NCBI GenBank assembly: GCA_964016885.1
Contig: OZ024761.1
Span: 19,654,001-19,718,000 of the forward strand
Direction: 5' to 3'
From: Eledone cirrhosa
Taxonomy: Eukaryota
Length of the DNA stretch: 64,000 bases
A program made the position numbers and the translations under genes. Positions 38,826-52,347 of the stretch are shown here, in pieces (position 1 is the stretch's first letter; each line of letters opens with the position of its first letter). A model generated the notes under the pieces. That model worked only from the letters and a program-made list of their open reading frames with translations, did no database searches and had not been told where the DNA came from.

Positions 38826-39039
38826 CAGGAATGTCCAAGATTTTCTTCCCGTTCACAACATTGACAATACAGTGTCCTCAGAACAGAAGCTTCATTCTCC
38901 AAACTGTCTCATGACACTCTAGTGCTGTTTCTCAATCTTTTGTAATTTAACCCTGAGAGAGACTGAGCGCAAGAGGAATCAAATGCTGCGTGCAGGAGAG
39001 GAGGTTGCATTGATGTGATGTGTATGAAGGATGAAACTG

Positions 39040-39535
39040 TATAAAAAGGTGCAGAGCACTAAAAGTCGATGGAAGCCTTGGAGTGGGGAGACCCAAGAAG
39101 ACCTGGGATGCGGTGATAAAACCTGACCTTGCCCAATTGTACCTCTTAAAGGCGATGACACAGGACCGTGACCGCTGGCGTCACACAGTAATACAGAAGA
39201 CCCAACTTCCCACGGGGACAAGCCAAAGCTGAAGCATGTAGACAATATGCTCCCACCGCCTCCCACTGCAAAGTGGTCGTGGAGGTGTCATGACAAAAAA
39301 GCACCCAGCCCACACTGTAAAGTGGTCGTGTAGGAGCCACGGTAAAAAAGCACCCAGTACTCACTGTATAATGAGGTTGGTGTTAAGAAGGGCATCCAGC
39401 TGTAGAAATCAAGCCAAAATCAGTTCCCGTATGAGCAAGACATGGTCACCCGAAGCTGGCATTGCTCACAACAGAACAACCTGTCTAACCCATGCTAACG
39501 TGGAAGAATGGACATAAAACGGTGATGATGATGAT
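39040..39535 (+). mobile_element. RTE LINE 3' remnant followed by SINE 3' part
   Basis: GRPKKTWDAVIK..DRDRWR-like sequence, then GTTGGTGTTAAGAAGGGCATCCAGCTG and (TGA)n. Confidence 0.7.
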
Positions 39536-40037
39536 TACTCTATATATACTATTGTATTTTTGTGGTAAAGGCTTTACCTTACATAATTACTCCACATAAT
39601 ATCAAATCTATGAGATTTTGATATTATTTATTTTGAGAGCAATACCTTAACATAATTATGAGTGGCCAGTTTCAGCCGGTTTGAAAAGAAGGTGAGAGAA
39701 TTCTGACCGGATATAGCCAGTTTAAATAGAAAAAAATCTGAAAAATTAATAAGCAGGGGAGGGGTAGACGATTATTTGAGACCCAAGAGTAGTCATTGAG
39801 GAGGTCGCAGAATGTGTGACCAAAGAACTTTGACAAACAAATGAATAATGAGCAATAAAGATAAAGAGGCAATCATATGGTATGTGTGTGTGTTTCTTTT
39901 TATTGACAATACTGGCAACATGCAACATGACCATGCCCAAAATATAACAGTATGTTTCAACACATGATTTCACATCAAGAATCTTACAGAACAAATACAT
40001 AAATGAAAAAAACAAATTTTTGTATTATGTAAATTAC

Positions 40038-40043
40038 TTTATT
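40038..40043 (-). promoter_or_regulatory. Candidate polyadenylation signal of the protease gene
   Basis: First clear AATAAA I found on the minus strand after the stop, followed by U-rich sequence. Confidence 0.3.
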
Positions 40044-40189
40044 GTTTCAACTGAAGTTCTTGTTGCACAATTGATGGTAGGTGGTCTGTTCTGATGGTAT
40101 TGGATGAGTTCTAGTGGCATCGGGTCACTCCTGATGGTACTATATCAGCCCTAGAGATATTGGGGGAGTCTTGGTGGTATTGTTTCACT

Positions 40190-41580
40190 CCTGATGGTAT
40201 TGGGGAAGTCTTGATGGTATCATTTCACTCCTGATAGTATCATTTCATTCTTGATGGTATCATTTCATTCTTGATGGTATCATTTCACTCCTGATAGTAT
40301 CATTTCATTCTTGATGGTATCATTTCACTCCTGATAGTATCATTTCACTCCTGATAGTATCATTTCACTCCTGATAGTATCATTTCACTCCTGATAGTAT
40401 CATTTCACTCCTGATAGTATCATTTCACTCCTGATAGTATCATTTCATTCTTGATGGTATCATTTCACTCCTGATAGTATCATTTCACTCCTGATAGTAT
40501 CATTTCACTCCTGATAGTATCATTTCATTCTTGATGGTATCATTTCACTCCTGATGGTATCATTTCATTCTTGATGGTATCATTTCACTCCTGATAGTAT
40601 CATTTCATTCTTGATGGTATCATTTCACTCCTGATAGTATCATTTCACTCCTGATAGTATCATTTCACTCCTGATAGTATCATTTCACTCCTGATAGTAT
40701 CATTTCACTCCTGATAGTATCATTTCACTCCTGATAGTATCATTTCATTCTTGATGGTATCATTTCACTCCTGATAGTATCATTTCACTCCTGATAGTAT
40801 CATTTCACTCCTGATAGTATCATTTCATTCTTGATGGTATCATTTCACTCCTGATGGTATCATTTCATTCTTGATGGTATCATTTCACTCCTGATAGTAT
40901 CATTTCATTCTTGATGGTATCATTTCACTCCTGATAGTATCATTTCACTCCTGATAGTATCATTTCACTCCTGATAGTATCATTTCACTCCTGATAGTAT
41001 CATTTCACTCCTGATAGTATCATTTCACTCCTGATAGTATCATTTCATTCTTGATGGTATCATTTCACTCCTGATAGTATCATTTCACTCCTGATAGTAT
41101 CATTTCACTCCTGATAGTATCATTTCATTCTTGATGGTATCATTTCACTCCTGATGGTATCATTTCATTCTTGATGGTATCATTTCACTCCTGATAGTAT
41201 CATTTCATTCTTGATGGTATCATTTCACTCCTGATAGTATCATTTCATTCTTGATGGTATCATTTCATTCTTGATGGTATCATTTCACTCCTGATAGTAT
41301 CATTTCACTCCTGATGGTATCATTTCACTCCTGATAGTATCATTTCACTCCTGATAGTATCATTTCATTCTTGATGGTATCATTTCATTCTTGATGGTAT
41401 CATTTCATTCTTGATGGTATCATTTCACTCCTGATAGTATCATTTCACTCCTGATAGTATCATTTCACTCCTGATGGTATCATTTCACTCCTGATGGTAT
41501 CATTTCATTCTTGATGGTATCATTTCACTCCTGATGGTATCATTTCATTCTTGATGGTATCATTTCACTCTTCATGGTAT
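40190..41580. repeat. 20-bp minisatellite (about 69 copies) with 300-bp higher-order period
   Basis: CATTTCACTCCTGATAGTAT / CATTTCATTCTTGATGGTAT variants. Confidence 0.96.
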
Positions 41581-41789
41581 TGGGTGTGTCTTGAAGGTAT
41601 TATTTCACTCTTGATGGTACTAGGGGTGTCTTAATGGTATCATATCAGTCTCAATGGTTTGGGATCAGTCATAATGGTATTATACCAGTTGTATTAATAT
41701 GGCACAGTATTGATGGTATGACTCAGTTCCAATAGTATGGCTCACTAGTGATGGAATTCACACAAACCTCAATGTATGTTGACTGTCCG

Positions 41790-42755
41790 ACCATCTCGTC
41801 ACCAAACCATCCAACCATACTGTCACTCAACCACCCTGTCACTTAACCATCCTACCACACAACCATCTAACTATATGCCACCCAACCATCATGTCACCCT
41901 GTCACCCTACCATACAACCATCCAAGCATCTGACTATCCAACCATCTGACCATCTGACCATCCCATCATATGACTATACTGTTGCCCAACCACCCAACCA
42001 TCCTGTCACCCAACCATTCTGTCACTCAACCATCCTGTCAACCAACCACCATGCCACCCAACCACCCAACCATCCTGTCACCCAACCATCAAGCCATCCA
42101 ACCATCAAGCCATCCAACCACCATGTCACCCAACCATCCTGTCACCCAACCACCATGTCACCCAACCACCCAACCATCCTGTCAACCAACCACCATATCA
42201 ACCAACCATCCTGTCACCCAACCACCATGTCACCCAACCACCATGTCACCTAACCACCCTGTCACTCAACCATCCTGTCACCCAACCATTCTGTCACTCA
42301 ACCATCCTGTCATCCAACCACCATGTCACCTAACCACCCTGTCACCCAACCATCCAACCATCCTGTCACCCAACCACCATGTCACCCAACCATCAAGCCA
42401 TCCAACCACCATGTCACCTAACCACCCTGTCACCCAACCACCATGTCACCTAACCACCCTGTCACCCAACCACCCTGTCACCCAACCATTCAGTCACTCA
42501 ACCATCCTGTCACCCAACCACCCTGTCACCCAACCATCAAGCCATCCAACCACCATGTCACCTAACCACCCTGTCACCCAACCACCATGTCACCTAACCA
42601 CCCTGTCACCCAACCACCCTGTCACCCAACCATTCAGTCACTCAACCATCCTGTCACCCAACCACCCTGTCACCCAACCATCAAGCCATCCAACCACCAT
42701 GTCACCTAACCACCCTGTCACCCAACCATCCTGTCAACCAACCACCCAACCATTC
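41790..42755. repeat. CCAA/TGTCACCCAACCA-type imperfect tandem repeat
   Basis: Direct reading; just downstream of the protease stop. Confidence 0.9.
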
Positions 42756-42825
42756 AACTCCAGTTTAGATGTCATGGTCTAACACACAGCCCAACTGAAC
42801 TGTGACACCACATCACAGTCACAGT

Positions 42826-42990
42826 TCAGTTGGCCGCTGTGACCTCGTTTATCCAGTCCATATAGGACGAGACCCGAGTGTTTACGGCCGGATAGCTGCC
42901 ACTACATGTACTGATGCCCCATGAGGTGACTCCTGCTAGTCTCCAGGCACCGTCACTGTCTCGACACACCAACGAGCCACCACTGTCGCC
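42826..42990 (-). CDS. S1A serine protease exon 6 (catalytic Ser, stop); whole CDS 816 nt, 271 aa, chymotrypsin-like
   Basis: CCCTAG acceptor; [57 protein letters not shown]. Confidence 0.97.
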   Translation of the reverse strand, partial: GDSGGSLVCRDSDGAWRLAGVTSWGISTCSGSYPAVNTRVSSYMDWINEVTAAN

Positions 42991-43227
42991 CTAGGGGAGA
43001 GAACAAGAGTAAGTCTTTAATCGCAGTGTGGCGGCACCTTCACACTAATGGAGACACACACACGTACACATGCACACTAATAGAGACACATACACACACA
43101 CACACACACACACACTAATACAGACACATACACACACACTAATAGAGATATACACACATGCACACACATCGTTGGGAGGTTGCGCAATGTCGCCAATGTG
43201 TTAGCCCCTCCCTGAAGGGTTGCTGGC

Positions 43228-43682
43228 CCAGGAAGTGTTACGCCTCCCCGTTGACCCAGGAAGTGTGGTGTTAGAATGAGCTGCCACCAATGTGTTACCC
43301 CTCCCTGTTGACCCAGGAAGTGTGGTGTTAGAAGGAGCTGCCACCAATGTGTTACCCCACCCTGTTGACCCAGGAAGTGTGGTGTTAGAAGGAGCTGCCA
43401 CCAATGTGTTACCCCTTCCTGTTGACCCAGGAAGTGTGGTGTTAGAATGAGCTGCCACCAATGTGTTACCCCTCCCTGTTAACCCAAGAAGTGTGTTGTT
43501 AGACGGAGCTGCCACCAATGTGTTACCCCTCCCTGTTGACCCAGGAAGTGTGGTGTAAGAAGGAGCTGCCACCAATGTGTTACCGCTCCCTGTTGACCCA
43601 GGAAGTGTGGTGTAAGAAGGAGCTGCCACCAATGTGTTACCCCTCCCCGTTGACCCAGGAAGTGTGGTGTAAGAAGGAGCTG
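43228..43682. repeat. 57-bp minisatellite (about 8 copies) in protease intron 5
   Basis: GTTGACCCAGGAAGTGTGGTGTTAGAAGGAGCTGCCACCAATGTGTTACCCCTCCCT. Confidence 0.93.
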
Positions 43683-43693
43683 GTACAACTTAC

Positions 43694-43836
43694 ATTGCAT
43701 GGGGACATATTTAGTTTGTAGACACAGATTTGGGACTCTAGAATTTCAATCAACATCCACCGTGCTGAACATTCCTCGTTGGTGATGGTCGTTATATTGG
43801 CCTCTTGGAGGACGTTGGGTAAAACATTCGCTGCAC
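43694..43836 (-). CDS. S1A serine protease exon 5
   Basis: TTCAG acceptor; (S)AANVLPNVLQEANITTITNEECSARWMLIEILESQICVYKLNMSPCN; GTAAGT donor. Confidence 0.95.
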
Positions 43837-43959
43837 CTGAATTTCATTGCAGCCATTGCACCCATTGCAGCAGCAGCAGCAGCAGCAGCCGCAAATGGAA
43901 ATGAGAAAAAAATAGGGAAAAATATAATATAATATATTATATTTGTTGTTGACAAACAA

Positions 43960-44700
43960 ACAGACTGTCAGACAGATGGACAGCTAGACAGACATATTGA
44001 CTGACACACAGACAGGGTGACAGCTAGACACAGACTGACTAACAGACACATAGACAGGGTGACAGACACATTGACGGGGGGGGGGGGGTTACAGCTAGAC
44101 AGACAGACAGGTGGACAAACGGATACAGACAGGTAGACAGACAGACAGACAGACACATAGACAGAGTAACAACTAGACAGATTGACATAGACAGGGTGAC
44201 AGTGAGACAGACAGACATACAGGCCACCAGATAGAGAGACAGACACAGACAGACAGACAGACCACCAGATAGAGAGACAGACAGACAGATAGACATACAG
44301 ACCACCAGATAGAGAGACAGACACAGACAGACAGGCCACCAGATAGAGAGACATACACAGACAGACAGACAGACCACCAGATAGAGAGACAGACAGACAG
44401 ATAGACATACAGACCACCAGATAGAGAGACAGACACAGACAGACAGACAGACCACCAGATAGAGAGACAGACACAGACAGACAGACAGACCACCAGATAG
44501 AGACACAGACACAGACAGACAGACAGACCACCAGATAGAGAGACAGACACAGACAGACAGGCCACCAGATAGAGAGACAGACACAGACAGACAGACAGAC
44601 CACCAGATAGAGACACAGACAGACAGGCCACCAGATAGAGAGACAGACAGACCACCAGGCTGACAGACACAGACTGGCCGTCAGACAGACAGACAAGAAG
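43960..44700. repeat. GACA-rich repeat filling protease intron 4
   Basis: Direct reading. Confidence 0.9.
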
Positions 44701-44721
44701 TATAAACAAGATTATACTCAC

Positions 44722-44893
44722 TGTCAGTCAAGCCCCATCCTAGTGTGGTGCACTCCCTGTCAACAAAGGTCTCTAGGGGGTCGTCTGAGAGGGCTAAAGG
44801 GGCCACGGCAGGAGTGATCTGAGCCTTCTCCGACAGCTTCAACAAGGCTATGTCGTAGGGAAATCCTGTAGCATCACCTATAAATTGTGGGTG
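44722..44893 (-). CDS. S1A serine protease exon 4 (catalytic Asp)
   Basis: TTACAG acceptor; HPQFIGDATGFPYDIALLKLSEKAQITPAVAPLAL...ECTTLGWGLTD; GTGAGT donor. Confidence 0.97.
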
Positions 44894-45047
44894 CTGTAAT
44901 GGAAGAAAGAGAGGGGGAGAGAGTAAGAGAGGAGGAGAGGGTGGGGGAATTGAGGGAAAGAGAAGTAGGAGAGAGAGAGGTGGAATGGAAGGAAAGGGGG
45001 AGGAGAGAGAGAGAGAAGCTGAAAGGAACAGTTAATCATCACAGCAC

Positions 45048-45860
45048 AACCCAGTACACTCTGTAAAATGGTTGCTGATACAGAAGGACATCCAGCCATA
45101 AAAAACTTGCCTGATAAAGGGTTCTGAAAACTCTTCAGCTATGATATAAACATGTCAGCCTCCCTAGTGTTGGTGACATAGATGAGAAATACACCCAGTA
45201 CACTCTGTAAAATGGTTGCTGATACAGAAGGACATCCAGCCATAAAAAACTTGCCTGATAAAGGGTTCTGAAAACTCTTCAGCTATGATATAAACATGAG
45301 TCTCCCTAGTGTTGGTGACATAGATGAGAAATACACCCAGTACACTCTGTAAAATGGTTGCTGATACAGAAGGACATCCAGCCATAAAAAACTTGCCTGA
45401 TAAAGGGTTCTGAAAACTCTTCAGCTATGATATAAACATGAGTCTCCCTAGTGTTGGTGACATAGATGAGAAATACACCCAGTACACTCTGTAAAATGGT
45501 TGCTGATACAGAAGGACATCCAGCCATAAAAAACTTGCCTGATAAAGGGTTCTGAAAACTCTTCAGCTATGATATAAACATGAGTCTCCCTAGTGTTGGT
45601 GACATAGATGAGAAATACACCCAGTACACTCTGTAAAATGGTTGCTGATACGGAAGGACATCCAGCCATAAAAAATTTGCTAAACAAAGGGTTCTGAAAA
45701 CTCTTCAGCTATGATATAAACATGACAGCCTCCCTAGTGTTGGTGACATAGATGAGAAATACACCCAGTACACTCTGTAAAATGGTTGCTGATACGGAAG
45801 GACATCCAGCCATAAAAAATTTGCTAAACAAAGGGTTCTGAAAACTCTTCAGCTATGACA
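45048..45860. repeat. 142-bp tandem repeat (about 6 copies), SINE-tail derived
   Basis: CCCAGTACACTCTGTAAAATGGTTGCTGATACAGAAGGACATCCAGCC..; 142-nt period. Confidence 0.92.
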
Positions 45861-46129
45861 TAGATTTGATAACCCCCCTTGTGCTGGTTCCATGATAAAA
45901 TAATTGTTTCTATTTTAGGCACAAGGCCAGCAATAACCCAGTACATTACTGGTACCTTATTTTATCGACAATGTACTCAGCAGTGTATGGGATCATATAT
46001 GAGTGAGCTGTCACTCCCGCCTCTTCTCTGGCCCATCTGTAGGATGAGAGGACCCCCCCACATGAGGACTGACTCAGTTTGTGACATCACGTCCCATTCT
46101 TGTTAGCAGGGAAAACAGATGTTAAATGC

Positions 46130-47100
46130 TGTTGATGATGATGATGATGGTAATGATGATGATGGTAATGATGGTGATGGTAATGATGGTGATGATGGTG
46201 GTGGTGGTGGTGGGGATGATGATGGTGGTGGTTGCAGAGTTTGTGGAGGAGGTTGTGGCGACCATGATGATGGTGGTAGTAACGATGGTGGTGGTGGTGG
46301 TGGTAGTGAAGATGACGATGGTAGTGGTGATGATGATAGCGGTGGTAATGATGTTGGTGGTGGTGGTGATGATAGCGGTGGTAATGATGATGGCGGTGGT
46401 GATGATGATAGCGGTGGTGATGATGATGGTAGTGGTGATGATGATAGCGGTGGTAATGATGTTGGTGGTGGTGATGATGATAACGGTGGTGATGATGATG
46501 GCGGTGGTGATGATGATAGCGGTGGTGATGATGATAGCGGTGGTGATGATGATGGTAGTGGTGATGATGATAGCGGTGGTAATGATGATGGCGGTGGTGA
46601 TGATGATAACGGTGGTGATGATGATGGCGGTGGTGATGATGATAGCGGTGGTGATGATGATAGCGGTGGTGATGATGATGGTAGTGGTGATGATGATGGT
46701 AGTGGTGATGATGATGGCGGTGGTGATGATGATAGCGGTGGTGATGATGATGGCGGTGGTGATGATGATGGTAGTGGTGATGATGATAGCGGTGGTAATG
46801 ATGTTGGTGGTGGTGATGATGATAGCGGTGGTAATGATGATAGCAGTGGTAATGATGATGGTAGTGGTGATGATGATGGCGGTGGTGATGATGATGGTAG
46901 TGGTGATGATGATGGCGGTGGTGATGATGATAGCAGTGGTGATGATGATAGCGGTGGTGATGATGATGGTAGTGGTAATGATGATAGCGGTGGTGATGAT
47001 GATGGCGGTGGTGATGATGATGGCGGTGGTGATGATGATAGCAGTGGTAATGATGATGGTGATAATGATTACAATGGTAACAATGATGATGATGATGACA
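46130..47100. repeat. (GAT/GGT) 18-21-bp compound repeat
   Basis: Direct reading; intronic. Confidence 0.92.
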
Positions 47101-47269
47101 GTGTAAAAAAAGTCACTCCTGCAGATGGTATTCAGAAATAACAATAAACAATAATACTTGTTCCAATTTTCTAGAAAGGAAATGCAAAAAACACCATCGG
47201 ATCTTTCAAGTATTACTTCCCCTTTTTCCTAACCAGGAAAGGAGATATTTCCAACATCATATTTATAGA

Positions 47270-47300
47270 ATAGAATAGATAGATAGATAGATAGATAGGT

Positions 47301-47367
<67 letters not shown>

Positions 47368-47502
47368 TCGATAGGTAGATATATATATATATATAGAGAG
47401 AGAGATAGAGAGATAGTTATATATATCTAGAGAGAGAGAGAGAGAAATGGATAGTTATATATCTCTAGAGAGAGAGAGAGAGAGAGATAGATCGATAGGT
47501 AG

Positions 47503-47535
<33 letters not shown>

Positions 47536-47613
47536 TAGTTATATATATCTAGAGAGAGAGAAATGGATAGTTATATATCTCTAGAGAGAGAGAGAGAGAG
47601 ATAGATCGATAGG

Positions 47614-47649
<36 letters not shown>

Positions 47650-47814
47650 TAGTTATATATATCTAGAGAGAGAGAGAGAGAGAAATGGATAGTTATATAT
47701 CTCTAGAGAGAGAGAGGGAGAGATAGATAGATAGGTAGATATATATATATATATAGAGAGAGAGATAGTTATATATGTCTAGAGAGAGAGAGGGAGAGAT
47801 GGATAGATAGATAG

Positions 47815-47908
<94 letters not shown>

Positions 47909-47928
47909 TAGATAGATAGATAGATAGT

Positions 47929-47970
<42 letters not shown>

Positions 47971-47985
47971 TGGATAGATAGATAG

Positions 47986-48040
<55 letters not shown>

Positions 48041-48055
48041 TGGATAGATAGATAG

Positions 48056-48116
<61 letters not shown>

Positions 48117-48131
48117 TGGATAGATAGATAG

Positions 48132-48170
<39 letters not shown>

Positions 48171-48210
48171 TAGAGAGAGAGAGAGAGAGAGATGGATAGT
48201 TATAAATAGT

Positions 48211-48245
<35 letters not shown>

Positions 48246-48272
48246 CTCAGCCGTCGGGGTCCTACTCGTTCC

Positions 48273-48304
<32 letters not shown>

Positions 48305-48310
48305 TAGAGA
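47270..48310. repeat. (TA)n/(GA)n/(GATA)n compound microsatellite
   Basis: Direct reading. Confidence 0.93.
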
Positions 48311-48336
48311 GGCAGGGAGGGAGGGAGAAGACTTAC

Positions 48337-48433
48337 AACAATTATTGATGCTACCAGTACTGTCTGTTCATCTCCACTATCCAGTGATGTGTCATATTCT
48401 CCGAGGACCACTTGGAAATTGTCTGGATTTACG
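48337..48433 (-). CDS. S1A serine protease exon 3
   Basis: TTCCAG acceptor; (S)VNPDNFQVVLGEYDTSLDSGDEQTVLVASIIV; GTAAGT donor; phases match neighbours. Confidence 0.95.
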
Positions 48434-48466
48434 CTGGAATTGAAATTACTGTATTAGGTTATGAAA

Positions 48467-49420
<954 letters not shown>

Positions 49421-49450
49421 TAGAGGTGTATCTATAAGAATGTACATCAC

Positions 49451-49631
49451 CTTTGATAGACACAGTGGGCAGCTGTTAGGACCCATTCTTCATTGATGAG
49501 AGAGGCCCCACACACGTGACTGAAGTAAAAGGCAGGTGAAGGCCTGTACTGGAGGGAAGCCTGGTGTAACCATTTGTACTCTGCTGCATTACCACCACCG
49601 ACAATGAACAAATTGGTGGACGGGGCTGTGT
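49451..49631 (-). CDS. S1A serine protease exon 2 (propeptide, IVGG N-terminus, catalytic His)
   Basis: TTCCAG acceptor; (D)[27 protein letters not shown]...[22 protein letters not shown]; phase-2 GT donor. Confidence 0.97.
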
Positions 49632-49757
49632 CTGGAAATAAAACATTGATTGAGTGGCGTGAGAGAGAGAGAGAGAGATGCATACATGTACACACACATA
49701 CATACATATATTATCATCATCATCACTGTTTAACACAACCACTTTACAGTGTCCTAT

Positions 49758-49794
<37 letters not shown>

Positions 49795-50134
49795 GGAGGC
49801 ACATGGCTTTAGTGGTTAGAGCATTGGCCTTGCAATTGAAAGGTTGCGAGTTCAATTCTCAGACCAGGTGGTGTGTTGTTTCCTTGAGCAAGACACTTTA
49901 TTTCACATTGCTCCAGTTTACTCAGCTGTAGAAATGAGATGATAGGGACTGGGTTCCCTATCATTCCACTGCAAAGTGGTCGTGGGGGGTGCCACGGCAA
50001 AAAAAAGCACCCACCACTCACTGTAAATGAGGTTGGTGTTAGGAAGGGCATCCAGCTGTAGAAATCAAGCCAAAATCAGTTCCTGTCCCACCCTTGCAAG
50101 CAGGGAAAAAGCGGACGTAAAATGAAATGATGAT
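49795..50134 (+). mobile_element. CORE-SINE with RTE tail
   Basis: Match to 29487-29826. Confidence 0.88.
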
Positions 50135-50300
50135 ATATGTATATATATATATATATGCTGGATATCTATATATAAAGAGTCAAAGAAAACAATGCTTCAT
50201 CTGTTGCAAGAGAGTTTTAGTATAAATAAAGTTTCATACATTAAACATGTATGCACGACTTTAGGTTTCAGTGTCACGCTGAGTCTCCCTGATAGTTACA

Positions 50301-50933
50301 TTAACCCTTTAGCATTTAAACCAGCTATATCCGGCCAGAATTGTCTCATCTTTTTCTGTTCAAACCGGCCGTAACTGGATGCTCATACTGACGTTAAGGT
50401 ACTGTTCTCAAAATAAATAACATCAAAATCTCATAGATTCAATATTATGTGAGATAATTGTGTAAGATAAAGCCTTCACTGTGAAAATACAATAGTATAA
50501 ATAGAGTAATGTAAATATTATGTGAGATATTATGTGAGGTAAAGCCTTCATTTTGAAAATACAATAGTATAAATAGAGTAATGTAAATATTATGTGAGAT
50601 ATTATGTGAGGTAAAGCCTTCATTTTGAAAATACAATAGTATAAATAGAGTAATGTAAATGCTAAAGAGTTTGACAAAAAACAAGTCAGTCTTTGTCATG
50701 ACTAGTTTGTCTAAATCTTAACCCTTTAGTTTTTAAACCGGCCAGAGTTCTCTCACCTCTTTTTGTTCAAACTGGCTGTAACTAGTCGCTCATACTGATG
50801 TTAAGGTATTTGTTTTCAAAATATACATCAAAATTTCGTAGATTCAATATTATGTGAGATAGTTATGTGAGGTAAAGTCTTCACCATGAAAATACAATAG
50901 TAAATATAGAATAATGTAAATGTTAAAGGTTAA
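50301..50933. mobile_element. Two piggyBac-type MITE copies (first has an internal tandem triplication)
   Basis: TTAACCCTTTAG ends; repeated GAAAATACAATAGTATAAATAGAGTAATGTAAAT. Confidence 0.8.
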
Positions 50934-51769
50934 TGTCTGTCTGTTTGTCCCATTTTTGTTCAACTTTTCCTCATTTTTTCCAACTTTCACATGTTGTTCC
51001 CCCCCTCCCATCTCCTTCACCTTCCTTCTTTTCTTCTTCCACCCCTCTTCTTCTCTTCCTTCTCCTCCCTGTGTCAATTACCTTTGAAGTAATTTATTTA
51101 TTTATGTATTTACTAAATATGTCTGTTGTACCAACTTTACTACCATAGACAGTAAAATAAATTGTCGGTCTCTCCCCCCCCCTCTCTCTCTCTATGTTGG
51201 CTGTGGTGGTCCAGTTGATCATGGTGGTGGTGGCTGTGATGATGGTGGTTGTGGTGGTTGTAGTGGTGGTGATTGTGGTGGTGGTAATAGTGGTAGTTGT
51301 GCTGGTTGTCTCTCTATCTTGGCTGTAGTGGTGGTCATAGTGATTGTAGTTGTTATGGTGGTTGTGGTGGTCACATTGCTTGTGGTGTTGGTTGTAGTGG
51401 TGGTTGTGGTGGTGGTGATAGTGGTGGTTGTGCTGGTTGTCTCTCTATCTTGGCTGTAGTGGTGGTCATAGTGATTGTAGTTGTTATGGTGGTTGTGGTA
51501 GCTGTTGTGGTTGTGGTGGTCACATTGCTTGTGGTGTTGGTTGTAGTGGTCGTGGAGGTTGTAGTGGTGGCTGTGGTTGTGGTGTATGTTGGTTGTAGTG
51601 GCTGTGGTAATAGTGGTGGTTGTGGTGTAGCTGTGCTAAGCCCATGGTTGGCTTAACCAACTTATCGAGAGGAAGGGGTCTTTTTGTGACAATGTTTTAT
51701 ACAGCTGGCTGGATGCCCTTCCTGGTGCCAACCCCCATTTTTTGGTCACCTTTTACAATATGCAGCGAT

Positions 51770-52118
51770 ATCTATCTAAGGCGGGTAAAATTCCCAAGAT
51801 CCATGGACGAGTTCTCTCCAGTGGTCTCTGTCCCTCATTATCGCTGCCATATCCTGCATCTCCAACAGACCAGTGTCTGTCCTTAGGGCATCAACATATG
51901 TTAACCTTGGTCTTCCTCTTCTAGTGTGTCCATGTAGGGGCTCCCAAAGGAGCACTGAGTGCAGTGTCAACTCTGGATGTCGGTGAGCATGTCCAGCCAA
52001 CCTCAGTCTCCTCTGTGTCACTTTTGAGCTGACTTTTGGGATGCTCCCATACAGCTCTGAGTTTTTCATCCTCAGTGTATACTGATTAATGTTCAGAGCC
52101 ATCCTCAGCATTGGTGTA
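51770..52118 (-). mobile_element. RTE-clade LINE 3' fragment
   Basis: MLRMALNI..RRLRLAGHAHRH..RRGRPRLTYVDAL..DRDHWRELV. Confidence 0.88.
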
Positions 52119-52141
52119 CCTATATGATGATGATATATACT

Positions 52142-52347
52142 TTAACCCTTTAGCATTTAAACCGGCCATATCCGGCCAGAATTCTCTCACCCCTTTCTGT
52201 TCAAAACAGCTGCTCATACTTATGTTAAGGTATTTTTCTCAAAATAAATAATATCAAAATATCATAGATCCGATATTATGTGAGATAAAGCCTTTACCAT
52301 GAAAATACACTAGTAAATATAGAGTCATGTAAATACTGAAGGGTTAA
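52142..52347. mobile_element. piggyBac-type MITE
   Basis: TTAA-CCCTTTAGCATTTA...TAAATACTGAAGGG-TTAA. Confidence 0.82.

Noticed and set aside
42826-42828. UGA as selenocysteine codon
   Set aside because: Lies at the normal S1 C-terminus, and the hairpin lacks SECIS AUGA/GA and AA features
43201-43693. Mucin-like extension of the protease by intron 5 retention
   Set aside because: Read-through from exon 5 meets an in-frame TAA within about 20 codons and would lose the catalytic Ser
46119-47144. Gly/Asp-rich biomineral-like protein ORF
   Set aside because: Trinucleotide compound repeat inside protease intron 3, open in several frames
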